Assembly (NCBI GenBank): GCA_003344405.1 | Contig: NOWV01000022.1 | Location: forward strand, 620,001-684,000 | From: Trichoplax sp. H2 | Taxonomy: Eukaryota | DNA length: 64,000 nucleotides | Direction: 5' to 3' | Shown here: piece after piece, positions 53,101 to 64,000 of the stretch | Position numbering within the stretch: the first letter of the stretch is position 1 | Layout: each line of letters opens with the position of its first letter | Notes under the pieces: generated by a model | Told to the model about the DNA's origin: nothing | The model's input: only the letters and a program-made list of their open reading frames with translations | Database searches by the model: none | Made by a program: the position numbers and the translations under genes

Positions 53101-56100
53101 CTAATGGAGCATATTCGGTAAATGATTTGCACCAGTCGCTTCCCTTCCAAGCAAATAGTAAGTTAATAACTTTCCTTTGCCTTTGACAGGTATCAATCCT
53201 CTACAAGTAAATTTAAATCCTCTAGTAGCTAAAATTTCTTGAGTTTCTTGAAAAACCTATGGCAGAAAATTATCAATATTAAGTTAATTAGAGGCTATGC
53301 ATCATTAATCTAATTATTACTAATAAATCTGATTAATAATATTTAATATATTGAAATAGCTACTAGTTTAATCTGATGCCACTGATACCGTAGAATTAGA
53401 AACTTACTTGAACAGAGCCAGGTTTTCCAGTTGTGTCCATCCTACTAGCAACATTAACAGTATTTCCCCATATATCATAATGTGGCTTATTTACACCAAT
53501 AACACCAGCTACTATAGGGCCAGATGATATTCCTATAATTAAAAAGATAAGCATAGAGTAGCTTATATAGGATCCATTTGAGCATAGTGGCATACCAAAA
53601 GGCGAATTTCTTCACCTTGTTTGAGTGCTAACTATTATTGTTATGCTGGAATGCAATATATTACTATACTATTTTCATATGCTATATGATAATCATTTGC
53701 CTAGCAATACCAATATCTAAGTTCGTTGCAATATATGAGGCCTCAGTAAATGATCGAGCAATCATGCCAAAGCAATACGTTAACGTCAATTTAATATATG
53801 CTAATAATCTTGCATTATTAATATCATTACTTTTGATATTATCAAGAAAAAGCTATATTGAAAATGAGTTTAACAAGCGTGCTTGAAGTGAAAGAAAGCT
53901 GATGGTTATAGTACTAATTCATTTATTACTTATAAGAAAGCATTGAATATACTCATACGTTAGATCCTTATTATCTGTCTAGACATCACATCTATTGATA
54001 TTTAATGAATCTAAATCGTTTCTATTCTAGATATTAAAATAATCTATTGTTGATATTAGAATTTTGGAGAGCGAAAGCATTTGTATTTAAAACTTGTAAT
54101 ATTTGTACTTCACTTACCAATTCTTAAGTGAAAGCTATTGAAAGAATTTTCGTTTATTTCTTTTAATTTTTTAATCAAATCAAGCGCAAAATCGGCCAAA
54201 TCAACAAGATGTTGCCACTTGTCTACATTTTCCTATCACAAATAATGAATCAAAAAGTAAAATCATTTAAATTAAATTGTGTGTAGGCTTTATACTATTT
54301 CATTAAGATTTTAATGTAAAAAGTCAAAAATTTTAAAGGTCGAATTAATTAATTACCTCAGGTTCAGGAGCGATTCCAGAAGCCGCCATGTACGTGGAAG
54401 CAATCGTTTTAATTTTTTCAATTCGTCGATATTTATTATTATTTAAAATCTAAAATAATAGTAAAACAATAATATTTTAATAAAGAGCCGATAAAAAGGT
54501 ACCAAATTGATGCAAGTATCTATTTTTTTTAAGATTTTAATATTTCGTTGAGTTCGGATAAGACTTTATTTCCTTACGTTATCAAAATCGATAATCACTT
54601 CATTTAAGAAACGGAGACATTCCTTTCCTTGTACGTTAATTTCATCTTCAGAATAGAAATCTTGAAAATTAGGTATGGACGCAAACATAACGCCGATTTC
54701 GTTATGGGATTCATTATAAATCTCCTATTCACAATTTAAGATCAAAATTGGTAATTACTAATCTGATTTTAGTATACTTTTGCTATCATATATGTTAAAA
54801 TATTAATTATAAGTTAAAGTTTAAAATAACCGATATGTAATTCGTAAATATTGGTACTAACTCCTTGACGGGTTAAGAAATGTTTAGCTACATGAAGTGG
54901 CAAAATATTTTGAACCAATAGCTCGTTACGACGCTGTAATTCTTCGACTCCATCTTTCTTTTCTATGGCCTATATAATGAAGTAAAATTCTCCATTTATG
55001 ACCCTGAATATATAAATAAACTATAACAACGAAAACAAAAATTCTAAGATCGCATTTTTAGTTAACCTCTTTTTTCCATAGAAACAATATTCGAGCTGTA
55101 ATTTCCATCTATAATGTAAAATATTGAGCGTTAATAAATGTAGCCGATAGTACATTTACGCTTGACGACTACATTTGGATTTAATAATATCTATAACATC
55201 AACGACTAAAAGTAAATATCTAGACGAAAATTTAGATTTTATTTCCATTACCTGTCTTGTACTACATACTAAAACGATCAAGGCAACTCCAATATTAAAT
55301 GCTGATAAATAATTGATTTGTATATAATCAGCATATAACCTATAACCGCAGGCGTGAATAGAATAAACGAATTATAATTAACATTGATTTCTAGAATGTT
55401 TAAAGTTCAATATATATATAAATATATAGACTATAATATTTCGCATATTATGATCATCGTAACTACTTTAAAGCTAAGGTAGGATCCGTTCTACTTTACA
55501 TAACGATAGTGAAAGGAAAGGAAATTGTAAGATAAATTTTAATTTATCAAGCAAGGTACTTTGTACTCCCAGCTGTCGCTAATGAAATATCGCTCGAGCC
55601 GTAGCTAAAACTGCTCTTTCAACCAACTGCCGTAACAGCCAATTTCACAACTTATGCAACTTTATAAAACATATGATTACTGCTATCACTTTCTCATAAA
55701 GTTGTCAAAAGATAATTAATGACAAATAATAATAACAACTCTGTGGTTACTGTAACTAACACAAGCAGAAATCTACTGCCTACAAATTACTTAATACGTA
55801 TTTTTAATTAAGTTTCTCCTTTCTATCGTGTTTGCACCATGAATACATTTATTCTACATTATATTTGTATGCATCTAAACAAATTCTATAAATTATATTT
55901 TGATAATATCATAAGAAAATTGAGCCTATTTTTAGTCTGACATACCCATAACTAGAATTATAAACGATAGTGTCGTAGCATGTAAAAGCGTTCTGAACGG
56001 GTATCATAACAACAATAATTGAAGCGGCAGTAATGAGCGTCAAAAGGACTAGTTTAAATTCATAGCTTAGTTGAATTAGCGCTGAAACCACCATCAACAG

Positions 56101-59100
56101 CATAATCATGTTGTACATCGTATACTATATAAGATAGAATTATGAAATGTCAAAAATTAAAATATTAACATATATAGAATTCGGTACAGATTAATGAAAT
56201 ATAGCCATAACTTCATTAAAAGTTGCTTGTTACAAGTAATGGAAAATTTATTACTTTAGCCGTTATATCTATCACTCGTGTTATGATTACTTTCTATTTC
56301 AACTATCTCATTAATTTATCTATTCCAGAACTAATTTATGGGATTAAACTATACTAAATTTTAGCAATCATTAGCAGGATAGCAAGAAGTAGGACATAGC
56401 CTAAAATGGGCCATTTATCTGAGTATTGACGAAATAAATGTCTTACACCAATGAATTCCATTACATCTATCCGAATGTATTTTTAATTAACATCAGTACT
56501 ATTAATCCTAGGAGTCGAGTGGCTAACAATAACCGGTAAATATAGCTAATTTATAGTAGCATGAAGTAATCTATCATTAAGTCTAGACTTACAACAGGAT
56601 GCTTGCAAATATGATTTTGTGTGTAAAATTGGCTATTGTTAAAATAGCAGTTATTGGCGTTGTTAAATTCGACAGCTACCGTATTACATTGAATCTAATT
56701 AGAAAATAGTACAATTGCAATAAAATTCATAATAAGTCAGAATATTAAACCTAAAATATCAAGCTATAGAATCGCAGAAAAGAATAAATAATTTAATTCG
56801 ATATCTAGGAATAAGAAGTATTATCCCAAGCTTACGATTTCTGTCAGTTCGGCTATAAATATAATAACTGCTGGTAAAGCAGCAAGGAGTGCCGATAGGA
56901 TTTTACGATTTTCAATATATACCGATAAGTTAACCAACCATCGATAAAATTTCTGCGATAACATTTCCAAATAAACTTATTGATAAATATACCTTCATAA
57001 AGTAAGTGAAATCTTATAAACAGAAATTGCCTGTTTTCGATATTATATACCAATAAACACCAATAGTAAGGCGAAATTCTCAAATTAAGATACAGATTTT
57101 CATATAAGTGGATAATAGATACCTTCAATCTCCTACATCAAAATTAATTATAAAGCATTAATTTACCTTTCGATAATTTGACGCGGCAGTAACTATAACC
57201 AAAAATATGTTTATTGCAGAGCCAATAGCAAAAAGAATTGTTCTTGTTAGCGTTCTATATTCCAAGATATAAAAGTGAATTATAACGATATAACTCAGAG
57301 AGCTACCAATAAACCATTATTTTCTAAACATACTTAAATTTGAGGAAATTATACCTATACTATCGATGTTGATAATAATATTACCGTAACTGCTGATTTA
57401 TACGTTATTAACTTATAACCATTGTTTAAAACTAGACTAGTCAATTTATAATGTCAAATCTAATAAATAGACAGTTAAATGAAGGATAAATCGAAATTCA
57501 TAGCCTAATAACTACATATTTTCTTACATTGGTAGGATAATAGCGCTAACAATAAAACAGGTTACTTGTACGATATAACAAGCAATTAATAAAGTGAAAC
57601 CCATATTTTCTTTTTCACAGTTATATTTCCTTTCGGTTTCTGTGACTTTAAATCGTAATGTTAACGGATTCGAAATTTCTCCACTATAACATTGTACGTA
57701 ACAAGATATTTATAATCGTGAAATGAAATGCTGTAATTTACTTAAATTATTCAGTTCGATCCTCATTTTCTAATGTGAATAATGACAGCAAATATGAAAT
57801 CGATATTTTAAATATCGAAGTAAAAAATAATCTTACTTATCCAGATCTCGATTCTGTAAGTCTTCATCCAACATCTTAGTTAGCTTGTCTTCATAATCTA
57901 TCTCTTCTCTAGATTAATAATTATAAACAAAGCATTAAGTATATTATTGTATTTGCGCTTGAGTTCTAATCTAAGCTGAAGAGTTAAACTTACGTATGGT
58001 GAGCGTTAGAGCCATTGCCACTTTTACTGGAACTTCCATCTAACTTTAAATTTTCTGCATTACATTGCTTATTCTGTAAAAGTATGATTTTTAATAAGTA
58101 CAAAATAAAACTAATACTATGATCCTATCTATCCATTGAGATATAGTATGTCAAATCATCAGTTATCTAATTTATTAGAAATCATTTAGTAAAGGGATTA
58201 TCGCGTTATAACAGTGACATTTATGACGACTATCCAAATTTATGCTGATCTTACTCCCTTTGTTTCCTCCTAAATCCATACAAATACACATTCCTAAATT
58301 TAGTACTATAATAATTCAAACGATATTGTATGCTTACTCTTGTATGCTTTCTTCTCTTAATTAAATAGGTATGAATATTCCTTTGGCGGAGATATTCACT
58401 TCTACTACCTCCATTGCCATCCTCAACTTCGTAATCATCTTTTAAATGTTTGTAAGTAGTATCCGTTATGTGAATACGCCTGAAAAAATGCATGTAATGA
58501 TAGATTGAAGTTAATTTGATCGTCTCGAGGGTAGAAAAGATAGAAAAACTTATTGTTTTAAAATTTGATAAGATGGATTATTAGATTATAAAACTAAAAT
58601 ATCGTTGCTGATATTGTATTAATGCACGTTATTTATTTACCCTGGAATACCCCCAGCTTCCATATTATTAGCTAATGTTACATCAGAAGACCAGACGTCG
58701 AATTGCCACTTTCTTCTACCCATAACACCGCATAATCCGGCACCAGAATGAATTCCAACTCTCATATCTAACGATGATACACCAGTTTTCTTTCTTACAT
58801 CTCTGTAATCAAAAAAGAAAATATTGATATGATTGATATTCTATGGTTTTATCTAATCTAAATAATTATATCGATATTGTAAATCTAGTAACTGCATGCT
58901 TTCTTAACCCATTCTCTCAAATTTTAATCCATATTGACTTACGCTATAACACGAATCATAGCTACTCCCATTTCAACTGTTAGTTGTGCATGATCTGGTC
59001 GTGGATCGGGTACGCCACAAATGCAGTAATAACAATCGCCCAAAATTTTAATCCGCAGGCAGTGATTTTCCTATATACCCATATTGATATCATTTAATAT

Positions 59101-61315
59101 TTTACGAATAGTTTATAGATGATGCTGTGAGTTATAAAAATGATATAATAGAATACTATTCGATAGCACAATACTAGCATAAACCTATCGCTATAAAGTA
59201 CTTTAGCAGCAATATACCTATTAAATACAACTAAAATTATACATTCGTCTTAGAATCATTACCAACCTCAGCTTTTTCATCAAAACTACCGAATAATTCA
59301 TTGAGTGTCTGTACTAATTGTTGAGCGGTGAAAGTTGAGGACAATTTCGTAAAGCCAACAATATCAGCAAATAGTATACTATAATTAAGATTATAAATTC
59401 AGTATGAAAGTTAAAATTTTTGTTAGCAATTCTATCGATATTTAGTAAATAGAAATATCGCGGACAGAAGAATGATCAATAATGATTAAATATGGATTAT
59501 GCTCAGAGTCAAGGTGATTACTAATGGTACGTAATGCTGTATCTTTACAATTTATTTACAGCAAGAACTAGTTATTGATATCTTCTAAATATACGTATAT
59601 CTTCCTAGACCAAAATGATTACTCTAGCCAATTATCGTTATATCTAAATCTCAGAAAATGGGACTAATATTTCATTTATAATCGATTAATATACCAAAAG
59701 AGATAAAATTACAAATAGATAAAATGTAAAGTCGATATGTTCTGTCAACAACAGACGATACAGTTTTAACTAAAACTTAGCTAATTATATGCATTGTACT
59801 TAGATCTGCAAATTTATCAGCCAACTAAGCTAATGTATATGAATGGTAGAAATCATCGCAAAAGATAGAATTTGTAAACTTTAAGCTTTATTCTGTAAGT
59901 GCTATTGTTCTCCCTGCCTTTGCTGGCAATTATAATTTAGTAGACCATAATAACTACATCATGTTTTTTGCTAGCTACTATACAACTAATCGAAATGATG
60001 AATGGTGTATGACAAACACTAAAATCGTAAATGAAAGAAAAAGGTGTTTCTGATATCAAAAAATTAATATCCTGAAAGAGTTTTGAATAATATCTATTAT
60101 TTTAGCGGTTAAACGAAAATTGATAGTGTTGCTAGTACAGTATGATTAGTTTTTCAAATATATCTTCGTAAATCATGCCAATACCTTATATTTTCGTAGC
60201 GTTGAATATAAAAGTGGCTAAACTGTTTCTCTGTCATATCATCTTTTGAAGATGAATTCATATTCCCTTGTATTTCCATAGCGATGTAACGCGGTAATAC
60301 AGATGTTAAAAGACGCTCCTAAATCAGCAATTTATCAATTAAAATATTATTCTCTACTAACTCGGAAAAATTATATGCAAAATAGGCGTATCCACGTGAT
60401 TTAACTACCCGTATACAAGTCAGTACAGAAAATCTTATTTCCAGAACATAAATATTTATAATACGAATAAACTTTCTTTTAAATTAAAATGGAGCTATTT
60501 CATAATATCCAAAAATTACAGTATTTGATAAAATAGAAAAGGTGTATATATAATGATGTGTTTATTGGAAAGTGGTTATATCAACATCAATTGATAGAAT
60601 AAAGAAATGATTATTAAAATTTATGAATTATAATTATAATAATACTATGTGTTGAAAATGCTTTACTTATCAGTTAAAAAGTATTACATTAATAGCTGGT
60701 TTAAAGCAATATGGAATTGATCACGTGTAAAAGTACAATTTATCAAAGTCAGAAATATATCATAGCCTTTCTGATATTATCAGTGACTATTACTCTAACT
60801 ATTGACTTCTCCTAGCTAGAAACGAAGAAATAAGTAGTAATCAATCGAAAAATTGATATTGATTTGGTAATATTGATAGAAGAGAGTTTTCATCAATAGA
60901 CATCAAATTATAGTAATTCTGTAAACAAGTCTTAATTACAGCTTTAAAATAGTATTATTGCTGACACTACAATAATATTAATTAATTCTATCTCGACTTA
61001 ATTACTTATACATTGAATTGATTATATCATTCAATTAGAAACAATATTCTCCAATATCAATACTATCATTCAACAATTGAAAATGTTTAGATACAATTCG
61101 ATACGTCAATTTTTATTGTTCAAAGAAACATTTCATCTATTAAAATAAAAAAGATTACAACACACCTGCTGTTTTGACTGTGCTTCCATTTTAACTTTAG
61201 CTTCCATAGACATTCGTGTATCTAAGAAGGCAAGACGTTGTTTCTGATCTGATACACTAAAGATAATGAGGCCAATGACATTGGATCCGATGATGAGGAC
61301 GATGTTGGCCGTAAG
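53101..61315 (-). CDS. ADCY3: Transmembrane adenylyl cyclase, type 3-like (5'-partial)
   Basis: About 21 exons from 61315-61166 (last M1 helix, QRLAFLDTR) to 53256-53101 (stop). C1a: [50 protein letters not shown]2a: [68 protein letters not shown], WQHLxDLADFAL and KPHYDIW match my recollection of type 3 cyclases. The cyclase call is firm; the subtype is less so. Exons for most of M1 were not found before 64000. Confidence 0.9.
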
Positions 61316-61854
61316 CTAAACAAGTTACAATTATTAATGAAGAGAATTAGATCGGTTCTCCGATTATTAAATGTTGCATCAAATTAGAAAGAAGTTAGGT
61401 TTGGATTAAAAATCTTTCTCAATGATGATTGCAGTATCGGTTATTATGTCAAAGTAGCAGCAGCAGTTAACAAGAATAAAACAAATAAAATTAATACAAT
61501 TAATCGATATTATTACTAGACTCAATGGAATATTTCTTAATAATTAAAAATGGAGAGAACGTGGAAAACAAAATGGACGATAAAGGGATTGACAAAGACT
61601 ATGATATTAGTTTAGAAAGGTGATAATTCGAGCAAAACTATAGACAATCATTGTTTTCCAATTGATATTTGCTAAATTGAATGATAGCTATGACGTTATT
61701 TCTGTTAGTGTAATCGATAATAATAAATAATACCAAGCAGAATTCTACTTCAATGTAGGAATTCCGTGTAAATAGAATGCAAGAACTAAATAAGTTAATT
61801 GATATTTGTTAAATTAAATTGAGGATAGATATTGCGTTACTTCATAGTGGATGA

Positions 61855-62100
61855 TGATGATCAAAATAAACTATATAGAATGGTTGTTTTCTAGTGAATG
61901 TCATGCAAAGATATGAAACAGAATATGAACAAGTTAACACTAACCTATTTGGACTAGTGTAACTTTACGGTCAATAACGTTGATCAAAATGAGCTGAATA
62001 GAATGATTGTTTTCTAGTAAAAGGTTATACAAATATATAGGACGGAATATGAATAAGCTGACACTATCCAATCATGACTAATGTTACTTTATCTGATGTG
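61855..62100. repeat. Two diverged tandem copies (~123 bp) in the cyclase upstream intron
   Basis: tgatcaaaat...atagaatg.ttgttttctagt...gaatatgaa.aag.t.acacta.cc.at...gacta.tgt.acttta at ~61858 and ~61981. Confidence 0.8.
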
Positions 62101-64000
62101 GTCATTGATAGTGATAAAGATGGTGACTGCTGTAAATTAAAACTATACGAATTAATAATCTACTTAAAGATGACATTTATGAAAGGAAAAAATGAAAGTA
62201 TACCAATTAACTGAAATTTACTGAAACAAATTGATGTCGGATATTATGATACTTAGTAGTCAATAATGACTAATGTAAAATAGAATAATTGATTTCTAAA
62301 TTCGGCATCTGGAAAATTAAATTGACTTTCCATGTGGCGTTAATTTACCTAGCAAAAGCATTGCTGAAAGACTAAACTATATGAAAATACTGTTTCTAAT
62401 TGATATTTACTAAATTGAATTAATAAGTAAATCCAAATTATTAATGGCCAATCACCAATGTCATGGTATTCTATAAGTCACTCGTTGGTTACGGTTCTAT
62501 TAGTTACTGTTTTCATTATAAATGCTATACGTATGGATGGATGAAATGTGTTATTAAATGGTACGAAAAATTGATATTAGGTCAGCTAAATTGATAATAG
62601 TGTCAAAATTTACTGCGTTAATAACTGTAAAAGACGATATTCTAGTTGATTATAACCTTAGCAAATTAAAACAGACGCAATAAAAAACATAAACAAATCG
62701 ATATTAGCAGAATCGATCATAACAAGTAGTCGATAATGTAAGTTAAAACGATTGTTTGACATAATCGGAAAATTTATGAACAGTCTCATCATAGTATTAC
62801 ATCACAGTTAGACCTTGTTTGCCTATCAGTAAATTGTAACTTGTCGGTTGGATTTAAATGCTTTTACTAAGTATCTAGTATGTCAAAAATAAGTATTGAT
62901 AACATCTTAAAAGCGTTTTCAGATTAGTGCATAAATACTAACATTATTGGTATACATACGTATGCGCAAAACATTGATCGAAAATTTACTCCATTGTAAA
63001 GTTGTAACAGTATCTTCAATAATAGGCTAAGCTATGACTTTCATTAAATTAAAATATATCACAATTAAAATCCAATCATAATAATGAAAGAAGTCGAATC
63101 TAGTATATATTAATACGAGAAAAAATGCCACAAGTTAGTGTTTAGATCAGATTTATTCAAAGTTTAGAGCCTATCATAACACTCCAATATATTTATACCA
63201 TTATATTGTTTAGCTAGTAGATTTATCCAGAGTTGGCAATCTATTTTAACCACGCAAAATGTTTTATATTATCGTCATGTTTAATTGAAGATTGATTCCC
63301 AATTTGTGCCCTATCTTAATATTTATTTGCTCTAATATTATCATAATGCTTAAATTTTAAGTTTCTACATAATTTGTAATCTATTATAATGGTCCTAGAT
63401 ACTCTCATTTCTTCATAATACCCTTAAGGTGCCCGATTCAATCCTATTCTCTAAATTATAGCTAAGAAATTCATAATATAAATTGACTCAGAGAACACAG
63501 TCAGTCCAAATGGCTTTACATACTCTTATGTTACTTCGATATCAAGATTATAGCGAACTAATTTATCATTTTGTGGTATGTATTGAATTAATTTTTATCA
63601 TCAAAGTGACAATCTTGAACTATAAAATGATGTCAAAACTGTGAAATCTCAACATATGCTAGAAAGAATAAAGAGGTACCCGAATTACTTATTAAATTGC
63701 ACTCCACCAGTTCTAAATTGTAACACAAAGGAAATAAATTGGATACCTTGGATATAAACTTCAACCATTTAGTGGTTGATCAAGGAAAGATAAACAAAGT
63801 AACAGCATTAAGTCATTGCAGTCAGTTCTATTTGCTTAATATATTTGATAAAATTTGCTAAATTAATATTATAGAATAGAGTTTACGTTTGAAACATCAC
63901 CGTTTCATATCTCATTGTTTAAATCAGTAAATTAAATAGGTTAGATAAGAGGAAGGAAAAGGTAAGACTATTAAAAGATACATTGAAATAGTTTTCAATT

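Noticed and set aside
61316..64000. Search for upstream cyclase M1 exons
   Set aside because: No convincing hydrophobic exon with compatible splice sites was seen; treated as intron with the 5' end outside the window.

Overview
Eukaryotic (animal) genomic DNA, AT-rich (roughly one-third GC by eye), with many short GT-AG introns. The style is consistent with a compact early-branching metazoan such as a placozoan; this is an inference, not proven. Eight spliced protein-coding genes were reconstructed by hand: (-) a luciferase/4CL-like acyl-CoA synthetase ending in the peroxisomal signal SKL; (+) slingshot phosphatase; (-) a cyclic nucleotide-gated channel alpha subunit; (-) an uncharacterised class I SAM-methyltransferase-like protein; (+) serine dehydratase; (-) OSBP; (+) UNC119; (-) an ADCY3-like transmembrane adenylyl cyclase whose 5' end is not seen. 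Six of the eight genes form three head-to-head pairs whose start codons are 1.4-1.5 kb apart, and these spacers carry a CAGTA/TACTG pentamer-palindrome repeat. The most striking observation is the co-location within about 47 kb of CNGA, UNC119 and ADCY3-like genes, all linked to ciliary cAMP sensory signalling in other animals. The channel also has a C-helix signature that predicts cAMP preference. No tRNA, rRNA, CRISPR array or autonomous transposon was recognised.
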